Below are positions 8,127 to 18,071 of a DNA stretch of 64,000 nt, piece by piece. Under the pieces are notes generated by a model. The model was not told where the DNA came from. It did no database searches and saw only the letters and a program-made list of their open reading frames with translations. The DNA is from an uncultured archaeon (GTDB taxonomy: Archaea; Asgardarchaeota; Lokiarchaeia; Sigyniarchaeales; SOKP01): the NCBI GenBank assembly GCA_964508365.1, contig CAZDTP010000001.1:64001-128000 (forward strand), in the 5' to 3' direction. The translations under genes and the position numbers were made by a program. Each line of letters starts with the position of its first letter. Within the stretch, counting starts at the first letter, position 1.

Positions 8127-10712
8127 ATGATGGAATTTATTGATAAAGCGAGTAAAAGAATAAAAAGAATAAGAAGAAGATTACTTGATGATATGGCTTT
8201 AATTTCTATAGAGAGAGCACAACTTTATACAGAGAAATGGAAGGAAACTGAAAATAAGGGTATACCTCTTGGTGTAAGAGTTGCTCTTTCAATGAAGAAC
8301 GTTCTTGAAAATATGACTATCTATATAGATCCTGATGATCGAATAGCAGGAAAATGGACAGAAAATTTTATAGGAATACCTATTGACATAGAACGTGGAT
8401 TATGGAATAAAGTTTTTGAAGTTGAACTTGATGCAAAAACAATGAAAGAGTATATTAAAGAAGGTAATAAGAACTACATGTCATATATGATAAATAAAAT
8501 TGGACCTGATGGTCTTCGTGAATTACTGGAAAATACTAAAAAAATTGGGGCTCCTATTACAACTCTTGGAACTGATACTCTTGATAAAAGAAAAATCAAT
8601 CCGTATCAAATTCGAGAAGAAGATAAAAAAATTCTATTGGAACAACTTATTCCTTATTGGAAAAATAAAACACTCGCTGATATTCTTGAGAAAGAATATG
8701 CTAATTCTGATGTATATACAGGTGAAGCGTATGAATTTTTATCTCACCTACCTTTAAAAACTGCTCAAAATGATATTGTTATTTCCCCCTGTGCGGTAAT
8801 TGGTACATGGCAAGGCCATTTAGTTCTTGATTATGAAACGGTCTTGAAAAAAGGATTTTTAGCTATGCAAAAAGAAGTTCAAGACGAGATAGAAAAAAAT
8901 AATGATTTAACCGATGAACAAAAAAATTTCTTACAGTCAATTGAGATAACACTTGAAGCAGTATTGATTTATTCGCGTAGATTGGCAGAACAGGTAAAAG
9001 AAGAATTAAATAAGACTAGCAATGTTGATAGAAAGAAAGTATTATCAGCTATGTATGAAACATGTAAGCGAATCCCAACTTTTCCTCCAACTACATTTCA
9101 TGAAGCAGTACAATTATTTTGGATTGTTAAAACAGCTGTGGATTTAGCCATACCCTTTAATGTGCATGGACCAGGTCGTTTAGATCAACTTCTTTATCCT
9201 TTTTACCAATCAGATATTAAAAAAGGTCTTATCAATCGAGAAGAAGCGCGAGAATTACTTGAAGAGTTAGTTCTTAATATAATGAGCCATAATATTCGAC
9301 CTTATTCTAACGCTGTATGTGATTTTAGCCAAAGGTTTGAAGGTTCAGAACCGGTAACAGTGGGGGGCTTAAATGAAGAGGGAGAAGATGTCACAAACGA
9401 TCTCACTTATTTAATATTAGAAGCAGCAGACAGATCAAAAGCTTCTCTTAATTTTGCTGTTCGTTATCATGATAAGAGTCCTGAAGAACTATATATGAAG
9501 GTTGCTGAAATCCAATACAATGGATATTCAAGTATATCTGTGTTAAATGATAATATATGTATTCAAGCACTAAAAAATCGAGGTATTACAGAAAAAGATG
9601 CAAATGCTTATTCAATCACGGGATGTGTGGATATGTGCAGTCCAGGGAAAACAGGAGGAATTGGTTTTTCAGCTCTTTTAATGTGTAGAACTTTAGATAT
9701 GACTCTTCGGAATGGCAACTGCTTAACAATCGGGGGTTTAGTAAATGATGTGGGATTGAAGACAGGAAATCCAGATAGTTTTGTTACATTCGACGAGTTT
9801 CTCGATGCTTTTTATCAACAAATAAATTTCGTTATTCAGAAAATAGTAGAAGCCACTTATATCCGTGATAAACTATTTGCCGATTATTTTCCAGCACCTT
9901 TCATATCTGCATTCATGCAAGGATGTTTTAAAAATAAAAAAGATGTTACTCAAGGAGGTGCTTTTTACGATGCGGAAGGAATTCTTATAATGAACAGTAT
10001 TGCAAATGTGGTTGATTCATTATATGTAATTAAAAAACTCATCTTTGAGCAAAAAAAATTCAATTTTAAAGATTTAATACAAGCAATTGACAATAATTTC
10101 ACTGATAAATATAAAAAAATCCATAAACTTATTCTGGATATTGATGGAAAATGGGGGAATGGAAACCCTGAATGCGATGAACTTGCTCGAGAAGTCACCA
10201 CACAGTTATTTGAAGAAACTTATAATTATAAAACTTATAGAGGTGGAGTTTATGCTCCTTTTATTATATCTATGACTTCTCACACTTATGATGGGCGAAT
10301 AGGTATCGCAACGCCAGATGGTAGACTTGCAGGAAAGCCATTTGCAGCAAGTTGTAATCCATACAATGTTGAGAAGAATGGACCAACAGGTGTCATACGA
10401 TCAGTAGCAGCTCTTGATTTTCAGCATGTTTGTGGTTGTGCAGTTAACATACGAATGCATCCATCTGGGGTTGGAAAAACAAGAGAAACTAGAAAAAAGT
10501 GGATTTCTCTTATAAAAACTTACTTTAGTTTAGGAGGTCAACAGCTTCAACCTACTGTTGTGTCTACAGAAGTACTAAAAGCTGCCCAACAAAACCCAGA
10601 ACCGTATAGAAATATTGTTGTTAAAGTAGGAGGATATTCCGCTTATTTTACTGACTTAGGAAAAGAGATTCAAGATGAGGTTATTTCTAGAACGGAACAT
10701 ATTATGGTTTAA
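8127..10712 (+). CDS. Glycyl radical enzyme (PFL2/dehydratase superfamily), substrate unknown
   Basis: ISIERA N-terminus, GRLDQLLYP, Cys loop ITGCVD, KWGNG, TPDGRLAG and C-terminal Gly loop VKVGGYSAYF. Confidence 0.92.
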   Translation: MMEFIDKASKRIKRIRRRLLDDMALISIERAQLYTEKWKETENKGIPLGVRVALSMKNVLENMTIYIDPDDRIAGKWTENFIGIPIDIERGLWNKVFEVELDAKTMKEYIKEGNKNYMSYMINKIGPDGLRELLENTKKIGAPITTLGTDTLDKRKINPYQIREEDKKILLEQLIPYWKNKTLADILEKEYANSDVYTGEAYEFLSHLPLKTAQNDIVISPCAVIGTWQGHLVLDYETVLKKGFLAMQKEVQDEIEKNNDLTDEQKNFLQSIEITLEAVLIYSRRLAEQVKEELNKTSNVDRKKVLSAMYETCKRIPTFPPTTFHEAVQLFWIVKTAVDLAIPFNVHGPGRLDQLLYPFYQSDIKKGLINREEARELLEELVLNIMSHNIRPYSNAVCDFSQRFEGSEPVTVGGLNEEGEDVTNDLTYLILEAADRSKASLNFAVRYHDKSPEELYMKVAEIQYNGYSSISVLNDNICIQALKNRGITEKDANAYSITGCVDMCSPGKTGGIGFSALLMCRTLDMTLRNGNCLTIGGLVNDVGLKTGNPDSFVTFDEFLDAFYQQINFVIQKIVEATYIRDKLFADYFPAPFISAFMQGCFKNKKDVTQGGAFYDAEGILIMNSIANVVDSLYVIKKLIFEQKKFNFKDLIQAIDNNFTDKYKKIHKLILDIDGKWGNGNPECDELAREVTTQLFEETYNYKTYRGGVYAPFIISMTSHTYDGRIGIATPDGRLAGKPFAASCNPYNVEKNGPTGVIRSVAALDFQHVCGCAVNIRMHPSGVGKTRETRKKWISLIKTYFSLGGQQLQPTVVSTEVLKAAQQNPEPYRNIVVKVGGYSAYFTDLGKEIQDEVISRTEHIMV

Positions 10713-10762
10713 TCATTTATTCAATCAGAAAGTAATGGTAGGTATTAGATATTCTATATGTT

Positions 10763-10935
10763 GGTTATTCATTAAGTGTCACTATTGGAGGAATTGCTAA
10801 AAAACCCTTAGTTATTGATAATAAAATTGAAATTCGCGAACGTCTAAATTCAACTCTTTCATTTGATCGTGATATAATTGATGGCGCTCCAGTAGCTAGC
10901 TCTCTTGCGAGATTATAAGAATTAATAGAAAATGT
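10763..10935 (+). pseudogene. Remnant of the C-terminal catalytic domain of a 2-oxoacid dehydrogenase E2 acyltransferase
   Basis: Manual translation gives GYSLSVTIGGIAKKPLVIDNKIEIRERLNSTLSFDRDIIDGAPVASSLARL*ELIE. This matches the E2 tail (LSFDHxxxDGA...ARLxELIE), with His->Arg at 10868 and an internal TAA at 10916-10918. No intact 5' part. Confidence 0.8.
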
Positions 10936-12054
10936 TTATGAACTAGAATTCTTTAATGGTAGTTGAATAGTGTTTTGGGTTCGTTGCGATTCATATGAAG
11001 CTAAAACGATTTCTAAACCAGCTCTCCCATCTTTTATGGTAGGTATCCATTCTTCGGGAAACCCGACATCCTCATTTGAACGTCCTAGGATTTGATTAAT
11101 AAAACTACGGACCTCTCGAGCATATGATATATTCCAACGATCCTTAGGGAAAGTTGTTTCAACTTCCAAGAGTTTACTCGTCTTGGTTTTTCTAAAACGT
11201 TTTTTAATCGTCATTGGCTTTAAGAAGTACTCGTGAGGGACATCGAAAAAATAAGTTCCCGTTGTTCCATGAATTCTCCCAATTTCCTCTCCATAAGGAC
11301 TACCAATAAAAGCTTCAGATCGCTCGAATACTGCAATGACATCACTCTCTCTAAATGACAAGAGAACAGTACAATGATCTTCATTAACGCGATTCTGATT
11401 TATCCTTCTTATCTGAGCACTAACACTTTTTACATCTCCAAACCACCACCGAAATAAATCAAAATAATGTGGTCCATGATCCAATAGATCTCCACCTCCA
11501 CATTTTTCATTAGTCATTCTCCATAATCCTGCTTCTTGAATTATATCTTGATTTGGATTAGGTCCAAGATCGGGCATGGAATGGTACCATGAGATTGCTG
11601 TATGAAAAATATTACCAATTTCTTTTTCTATTATTTTTTCTTTGAGGAATTGGAATCCTAAATCAAACCTTTTTTGAGTTGCCGCTTGAAAAATAACCCC
11701 GTTTTTCTCTATAGCTCGCTTCATATTGTCTACTTCTTCTAAGGTTATTCCAATAGGTTTTTCACACAAAATATGTTTTCCATTTTCAGCAGCTCTAATT
11801 ACCTGTCCTGCATGAGCCCAATGAGGTGAACATATACTTACAGCATCGATATTCGGATCATTTAATAAATCTTCTGGTTTTTTATATCCCTTAGGAATGT
11901 TATAACGTTCTTGAACATGTTTAAGGTGAGATTCCATAGGATCAGAAACCGCTACCAGTTCTGTGAGTGGAGATTTATGGTATACTGGTAAATGACCAAT
12001 ATTAGCAACAGTTCCACATCCTATAACTCCAATTCTTAGCTTACTAGTAGGCAT
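10936..12054 (-). CDS. Gfo/Idh/MocA family oxidoreductase
   Basis: IGVIGCG, HILCEKP and GGGDLLDHGPHYFD motifs. Confidence 0.9.
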   Translation of the reverse strand: MPTSKLRIGVIGCGTVANIGHLPVYHKSPLTELVAVSDPMESHLKHVQERYNIPKGYKKPEDLLNDPNIDAVSICSPHWAHAGQVIRAAENGKHILCEKPIGITLEEVDNMKRAIEKNGVIFQAATQKRFDLGFQFLKEKIIEKEIGNIFHTAISWYHSMPDLGPNPNQDIIQEAGLWRMTNEKCGGGDLLDHGPHYFDLFRWWFGDVKSVSAQIRRINQNRVNEDHCTVLLSFRESDVIAVFERSEAFIGSPYGEEIGRIHGTTGTYFFDVPHEYFLKPMTIKKRFRKTKTSKLLEVETTFPKDRWNISYAREVRSFINQILGRSNEDVGFPEEWIPTIKDGRAGLEIVLASYESQRTQNTIQLPLKNSSS

Positions 12055-12229
12055 TTTTATTAAAATTAATGAAATTATAGATAGGAAGTATAAAATAAGA
12101 AATCTTTATATTTTTAACTTTTATGATTCTTGGAAGAATTTACTGCATTTAAGCTAATAATTATGATCCCTGAATAATTTGACGGAGAGAAATTATAAAA
12201 GAAAAATAAAGTTTTGAATTTATATTTGT

Positions 12230-13090
12230 TTATTCAGGAAAAAGCGGTTTTACTTTATTTTCCCTATTCATTTTAACGATCTGTTCTTGTTCTTGTTCAT
12301 CAAGTTTTTTGTATCGCGAAGCGGCATCCAACACAAATGGCCATAACCTCACATCGCATGGTAATGAGTATGTTGTAACTCCTTCTTGGGACAATGTATA
12401 CCATACAGCTTGATCTACTTGTTCTTGGTTATCAAATGGTTCATACCAAGTATTATAGGTAGCATCCCCATTCCATCGACTTTTGGATATAGCTTTAATA
12501 GCAGTAACTCCTATGTTTTTCTCGCGTGTAATTTCTAAAATCTTTCTAAAATCATTAACGGGACTAGGATGTACATCTGCTGCTATGTAAACGGGCAGTA
12601 AAACCGTATCGATATCATCAGATAATTCAAGAGCTTTCTGGAGTACTCTCACATCATGATGAGCCGTAATACCAATATGTTTAATTAAACCTGTTCCTTT
12701 AGCTTCTTTAAATGCCTCCATAGCACCATTCTCTCCTAATATTTGTTTTAATTCCTCCATTGAAGAGACTGCGTGAAACTGATACAGATCAAAGTACGAA
12801 GTTCCAAGTTTTTCTAAAGATCCTTTCAGTTGCCTTAACGCTCCATTCTTTTTTCTCTTTAAAGTTTTTTCTGATAGAAAGAATTTATTTCTATACTTTT
12901 CTATAGTAGGATTAAGCCGTAATTCTGCGTTACCATAGGTCGGAGCAACATCTATCATGTTTATACCGTGATCCATTGCGAGTTTTATAGCTTTATCAGC
13001 CTCATATTGGTCAACATATCCTAACCCACACCCTCCCATCGTTATAAATGTAATCTTAGCTCCGCTTCTTCCAAAAATTCGAGTTTCCAT
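12230..13090 (-). CDS. Aldo/keto reductase
   Basis: IDVAPTYGNAE, SLEKLGTSYFDLYQFH and GLIKHIGIT motifs. Confidence 0.9.
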   Translation of the reverse strand: METRIFGRSGAKITFITMGGCGLGYVDQYEADKAIKLAMDHGINMIDVAPTYGNAELRLNPTIEKYRNKFFLSEKTLKRKKNGALRQLKGSLEKLGTSYFDLYQFHAVSSMEELKQILGENGAMEAFKEAKGTGLIKHIGITAHHDVRVLQKALELSDDIDTVLLPVYIAADVHPSPVNDFRKILEITREKNIGVTAIKAISKSRWNGDATYNTWYEPFDNQEQVDQAVWYTLSQEGVTTYSLPCDVRLWPFVLDAASRYKKLDEQEQEQIVKMNRENKVKPLFPE

Positions 13091-13374
13091 TTATCCGCCT
13101 TATTAATCGATTTTTATAAAAAAATTAGTTTTTGCATTAAAATAAGCTTTCTTTGCTGGAATTATTATTTTTAGTGTATTATTTAATCAACACTCCGATC
13201 ATTCTTTAATCATGCATCCTATATTTGGATTCGTATAATAATAATACTTTAGAATAAAATCTGTAAGCGCATGTTAGAGGAAATTCTTTCTCTAATGATC
13301 AATACTATGGTATCGTCAAAGATTTTTTGAAGAAATATTACATTTATGAAATTTAGTTTATTTTCTCTAATTTA

Positions 13375-13716
13375 CTAATTGGAAATTTTAACCCAAGAGT
13401 TTGGCGTCAAGATGAGATATTGATCTCCAAGTCGAGCCATAGATCCCCCGTTTTCTCTTAAAAAGGATTTTAAATCTTCTATTCCTCTTTTAAGTTGAGT
13501 GATATCTATATTTTTCAATACATCTGTAGCATTAAGTATTAAAATTCTTTTACTTAAAAGTTCTTTTTTGATTTCTTCTACTTGTTCTAGCGATGTGAAG
13601 TCGTACTTTTTAATAGTAAAACTTTCCTTTAATGATGAAAACTCTCGGGAAAATCCCATCGTTTCTTCCGGTGAATTTAAAAGATCTGCTTCTACTTTTT
13701 TCCAAAATTTAGCCAA
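13375..13716 (-). CDS. sepF: Archaeal cell division protein SepF (DUF552)
   Basis: C-terminal core ...ILILN...LKRGIEDLK...GGSMARLGDQYLILTP matches the SepF pattern. Confidence 0.75.
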   Translation of the reverse strand: MAKFWKKVEADLLNSPEETMGFSREFSSLKESFTIKKYDFTSLEQVEEIKKELLSKRILILNATDVLKNIDITQLKRGIEDLKSFLRENGGSMARLGDQYLILTPNSWVKISN

Positions 13717-13947
13717 TTTTCAACCACGAACTATAATTTTTTAATCTTAAATCTAGTAATCGAACTTTGATGATAGTGTGTTCTTAAAGACACTTTAATC
13801 ATTGTATTATGCTGATATTACGATATTTTGATATTTTAATCTCCAACAATTTTCCTTTATTTAGTCAAATTTTAACTCCTAATATAATAAATATTTAAAG
13901 AATTGGGAACTAATTCACATAAAAATTAAAATAAAATCGGGACTAAA

Positions 13948-14409
13948 ATGAGTGAAGATAAAGTAATTGTAGCGAATAAAGGTATGGTTCGCGCTGACTT
14001 CAATTTCTGGGTTGGCCGCTACTTAGATAAGTTTTTAGACAATTTAGAGAATAAAAAACTAGTTGGTAATAAATGTCCTAAATGCGGTGATGTCTTTGTT
14101 CCTCCGAGAAAAATATGTGGTAAATGCAATATAACGATCCCAATTGATCAAAACTGGGTAGATTTACCAGATACGGGAATTTTAAAGAATTATACAATAA
14201 CGCCTTATAGGGTTAACGATCGAACGGATAGGAAGGCTAAAGATTTATTGCTTGGGATGATACAAATTGATGGAAGCAACACTGCTATAGTTTATAAATT
14301 GCTTAATTTAAAACCTGAAGAAATCAAGACGGGTATGAAAGTAAAAATTGAGTGGGCAGAAAAACCAAAAGGAGACCCTTCAGATATCAAGGGTTTCGTA
14401 AAAATTTGA
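13948..14409 (+). CDS. DUF35 Zn-ribbon/OB-fold protein
   Basis: LVGNKCPKCGDVFVPPRKICGKC zinc ribbon followed by an OB-fold (GMKVKIEW). Confidence 0.9.
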   Translation: MSEDKVIVANKGMVRADFNFWVGRYLDKFLDNLENKKLVGNKCPKCGDVFVPPRKICGKCNITIPIDQNWVDLPDTGILKNYTITPYRVNDRTDRKAKDLLLGMIQIDGSNTAIVYKLLNLKPEEIKTGMKVKIEWAEKPKGDPSDIKGFVKI

Positions 14410-14424
14410 GGTGTGATGGATTAA

Positions 14425-15567
14425 ATGGAAAAAGTTGGAATTGTAGGATATTATCAAGTAAAATTATATTCAGACGCGAATTATGGGCGTTATGAGATGA
14501 TTTTTGAAGCTGTAAGAGGTGCTATAGACATGGCAGGTTTAAAGAAAAAAGATATTTCTACAGTAATTTCATGCACAAACGACTATTATGACGGGCGTAC
14601 TATATCAAATTGTTTTACCGTTGAAGTTGGTGGAGGATATATGACCGACGAAAGTAAAGTTGAGATGGATGGTGCCCATGCTGTTTTGTATGGATTGATG
14701 AGAATTTTATCTGGGAACCATAAATTAGCATTAGTTTGGGGGGGGAGTATGGCTTCGTGTTTTCCTTATCATTCTACTCGGTTATTCGAAACTGATCCTA
14801 CTTGGGAAAGACCATTAGCATATGTGAATGATATTACTTCGGCTGGGTTTCAGATGAGATCTTATATGGAAAAATATGGAGTTAGTGCTGAAGAAATCGC
14901 TAGTGTAGCGGTAAAAAATCGAAAGAATGCTGCCAGAAATCCCTTAGCTTTAGCAGAAGCTCAAAACGTAAATATTAATGTTAAAGAAGTGTTGGCTTCG
15001 GACATTTACGCAGATCCAGTCACCGAATTAATGGTTGCTCAACCCTGTGATGGCGTGGCAGCTATATTATTAGCACCTGAACGACTGGCTTTGAAAATTA
15101 CTGATAAACCTGTTTGGATTACTGGTGTTGGATTTTCTCAAGAACCATATTATCTTGGAGACCGTAATTTATATGAGAGCAAATCGATGGAATTAGCTGG
15201 AAAAACTGCCTTTGAGAGCGCTGGAATTAAAGATCCAAAGAGAGAAATTGATGTAGCAGAATTATTTGAGTCTTATGCTCACGAGGAATTAATATTAGCG
15301 GAAGCATTAGGATTAGCAGAAAAAGGGAAAGGAGCAAATATTAATTCTGAAATTAACGGAGATATCTCAATAAATCCTTCAGGGGGAGCTACTAGCGGTA
15401 ATCCCCCTTGTGCAACTGGTTTGATTAGGGTAATTGAAGCTGCCAGACAATTGAGAGGAGAAGCTAATGGTTATCAAGTAAATAATGCAAAAAAAGCTGT
15501 CGCTTCAGGTCAAATTGGTATGTGTGCTCAAAATAATATATTATTTGTATTGGAGGGAGGTAATTAA
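14425..15567 (+). CDS. Thiolase-superfamily (SCPx-type) protein, Ltp4-like, lacking the catalytic Cys
   Basis: DYYDGRTISN, ESKVEMDGAHA in place of the CASG motif, and INPSGG. Confidence 0.85.
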   Translation: MEKVGIVGYYQVKLYSDANYGRYEMIFEAVRGAIDMAGLKKKDISTVISCTNDYYDGRTISNCFTVEVGGGYMTDESKVEMDGAHAVLYGLMRILSGNHKLALVWGGSMASCFPYHSTRLFETDPTWERPLAYVNDITSAGFQMRSYMEKYGVSAEEIASVAVKNRKNAARNPLALAEAQNVNINVKEVLASDIYADPVTELMVAQPCDGVAAILLAPERLALKITDKPVWITGVGFSQEPYYLGDRNLYESKSMELAGKTAFESAGIKDPKREIDVAELFESYAHEELILAEALGLAEKGKGANINSEINGDISINPSGGATSGNPPCATGLIRVIEAARQLRGEANGYQVNNAKKAVASGQIGMCAQNNILFVLEGGN

Positions 15568-15569
15568 AA

Positions 15570-16817
15570 ATGGGGAGACAAGTAGCAATTGCATCAGCTG
15601 GTTTTAGCGAACATGCTTCAAAAAGGTCTGATGTTAATATGGCAGAATTGGTAAGCGAAGCAGTTGAAGATTGTTTAAAGAATGCACCTGGAGTAGGACT
15701 AGAAGATATTGATGCTTTTGTAAATGGAAATATGCCTGCATTTGAGGGTTCAAATATACCTGAATTATGGATGACTGATTGGATGGGAGCAAGAAATAAA
15801 CCATTGTTAAGAGTAACAACTGGTGGGACAACGGGAGGGACTGTCGCAATAGCAGGATATTACACTGTCGCATCAGGGATACCGAAAGTTGATACCGTTT
15901 TAGCAATAGCATTTGAACAACAATCTCAAGGAGATACAAGTGTTGGTCTTGCAAGTGTTGCATATGGTGAAATCTCAGTTTTAAATACATTAGGTATCCC
16001 ATATGACCAATTATCACGTCTTTTATCTGCAGGAGCAGCAATAGGGGTAGCATCATATCAAGCTACAAACTACATGAACAAAACTAAAATTACAGAAGAA
16101 GATTTAGCAAGAGTAGTCGTACAAAACAGACATAATGCTGCAAAAACGTGGTGGACGCATTTAAAAATGCCTAATCTCACAATTGAGGAAGTACTTGATA
16201 CACCTTACATTTCTTACCCATTAAGATATGGTATGGTTTGTCCGGCATCGGATGGAGCTTGTGCCATGCTTTTTACAACTGAAGAAAAAGCAAAAGATAT
16301 GTGCGAAATTCCGGTTTATGTTAATGGTGTAGCTAGTGTGGCTAATGAATCTGCAGTTCTTGGATATGATGGAAGTGGTACAGGACAGATTGATCCATCA
16401 GATCAAATAGGTGCTATGAAATCATCTGACTTGGCTTACTATCAGGCAGGTATTTCTTTCCCAAGAAAGGAAATTGATTACGCTGAAGTGTATTCTCCTT
16501 TTCCAAACCAAGAACTTATGTGGGTTGAAAAACTCGGCTTATTTGAAGAAACTACGGCACCTAAAATGTATGAAACTGGAGTTACTGCTCTAAAGGGGGA
16601 GCTCCCAGTTAATTGCTCTGGAGGTGTTAATTCGACTAATGCAATTGGAGCATCAGCAATGGAAAGACCCGCTGAAGCAGCACTCCAAATTATGGGAAAA
16701 GCTGATAATCAAGTCCCAAAGACGGTACATACTTCAATAGGTCACGGTTGGGGTGGGTCGCTAAACTTATGTACTTTGATGGTGATGTCAGATCAACCAA
16801 AAAGAAAATGGAGGTAA
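15570..16817 (+). CDS. Thiolase-superfamily (SCPx-type) protein, Ltp3-like
   Basis: RVTTGGTTGG in place of the Cys motif, CPASDGACA, YAEVYSPF, VNCSGGV and GHGWGG. Confidence 0.85.
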   Translation: MGRQVAIASAGFSEHASKRSDVNMAELVSEAVEDCLKNAPGVGLEDIDAFVNGNMPAFEGSNIPELWMTDWMGARNKPLLRVTTGGTTGGTVAIAGYYTVASGIPKVDTVLAIAFEQQSQGDTSVGLASVAYGEISVLNTLGIPYDQLSRLLSAGAAIGVASYQATNYMNKTKITEEDLARVVVQNRHNAAKTWWTHLKMPNLTIEEVLDTPYISYPLRYGMVCPASDGACAMLFTTEEKAKDMCEIPVYVNGVASVANESAVLGYDGSGTGQIDPSDQIGAMKSSDLAYYQAGISFPRKEIDYAEVYSPFPNQELMWVEKLGLFEETTAPKMYETGVTALKGELPVNCSGGVNSTNAIGASAMERPAEAALQIMGKADNQVPKTVHTSIGHGWGGSLNLCTLMVMSDQPKRKWR

Positions 16818-16822
16818 ATAAA

Positions 16823-17353
16823 ATGTCGAAATTAACGCAAAGAAAATCTCTTGATTATATCAAAAAAGAGTATGTGAAAACGAGGACGATGCCAGCTAGC
16901 TGGTATTTAGCGAGTTATAAATATAAGTTTAACATTTCACATGATACTCAATTCTTAAAAAAATTGAAAGAAAAGAAGTTAATCGGAAACCAATGTTCAG
17001 GATGCAATAGAGTATTTTTTCCACCTCGATTAGTTTGTGGAAAATGCTTAGTAAAACCAGATCAATGGGTTGATTTACGAGATACTGGGAGAGTTGCAAC
17101 TTTTGCTATTAGTTACCTTAAAGATTCTGAAACTGGAGAAGTTCAAGAAAAACCAACTGTATTAGTACATCAAGATGGAGCTGATACTACCATAATTACT
17201 AAATTAAATCCAGAAATAGATTTTAAAGACACTTATGTAGGAATGCCAGTAAAAGTTCATTGGGCTGAAAATAGAACTGGTGGACTAATGGATATTGAAT
17301 ATTACGATGTTTTAGAAGATGATGCTGAAGATTTGAAATCAACAAAGAAATAA
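16823..17353 (+). CDS. DUF35 Zn-ribbon/OB-fold protein
   Basis: LIGNQCSGCNRVFFPPRLVCGKC and GMPVKVHW. True start is the ATG at 16823, after a GGAGGT site; the track start overlaps the upstream gene. Confidence 0.9.
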   Translation: MSKLTQRKSLDYIKKEYVKTRTMPASWYLASYKYKFNISHDTQFLKKLKEKKLIGNQCSGCNRVFFPPRLVCGKCLVKPDQWVDLRDTGRVATFAISYLKDSETGEVQEKPTVLVHQDGADTTIITKLNPEIDFKDTYVGMPVKVHWAENRTGGLMDIEYYDVLEDDAEDLKSTKK

Positions 17354-17451
17354 AAAAGCTTTTTTTTTTTCTTATTTTTATTTTTAATTTTGGTTTGTTA
17401 ACCATTATTTAGGCAAAAGTATAAATTTCTTTCTTACACAATTTTTGAAAT

Positions 17452-17973
17452 ATGGAAGCCAACAATTTCATTCAAAAAATTATATCCCGAAAATCTGTGA
17501 GAAACTTCGTTTATAAAAAAATTGATAACGATACAATAGGAGCAATACTAGAATGTGGGCGGTGGGCTCCATCTGGGCAAAATAGCCAACCATGGAAAGT
17601 GTGTGTAGTTTCTCACCCAACTGTAAAGCGGCTAATAGCAGAACAGTCTAAGTATGGTGGGATTATCGAAAGTGCTTATTTAAATTTCGTAGTTTTCTTA
17701 GACCATGAACGAGGATACGATAGAACGAAGGATATATTAGCTATGGGAGCTTTTATAGAGAACCTGCTTTTAGCCATTCATGCCAAGGGATTAGGTGCAG
17801 TGTGGATTGGTGAAATCTTAAAAAATAAAGAGAAAATTAGCGAAATCTTTAAATTTTCTCCCGAAAGGTATGAACTCATGGGAGTCATCACCGTTGGGTT
17901 AATTGACGAAACTCTTGAAAAAAAGGAAGAAAGGGAAAGAAGAACCCTTGAAGAATTTATAAATTGGTTTTAA
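17452..17973 (+). CDS. Nitroreductase family protein
   Basis: SRKSVRNF, WAPSGQNSQPW and GLGAVWIG motifs. Confidence 0.92.
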   Translation: MEANNFIQKIISRKSVRNFVYKKIDNDTIGAILECGRWAPSGQNSQPWKVCVVSHPTVKRLIAEQSKYGGIIESAYLNFVVFLDHERGYDRTKDILAMGAFIENLLLAIHAKGLGAVWIGEILKNKEKISEIFKFSPERYELMGVITVGLIDETLEKKEERERRTLEEFINWF

Positions 17974-18071
17974 TTTTCATTTTTCTTATTCTTTATTAAA
18001 CCTTCCTTTATATTCATCTCTTAATTTAATCTAACATAATTGATATGTAAATCAATATATTAGCTAAGTAA

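Noticed and set aside
13091-13374. Long intergenic stretch that might hide a pseudogene
   Set aside because: Manual translation of several frames gave only short stop-interrupted peptides with no recognisable homology.
16748-16822. Extended start of the second DUF35 gene
   Set aside because: It overlaps the thiolase 3' end; the ATG at 16823 has a GGAGGT site upstream.
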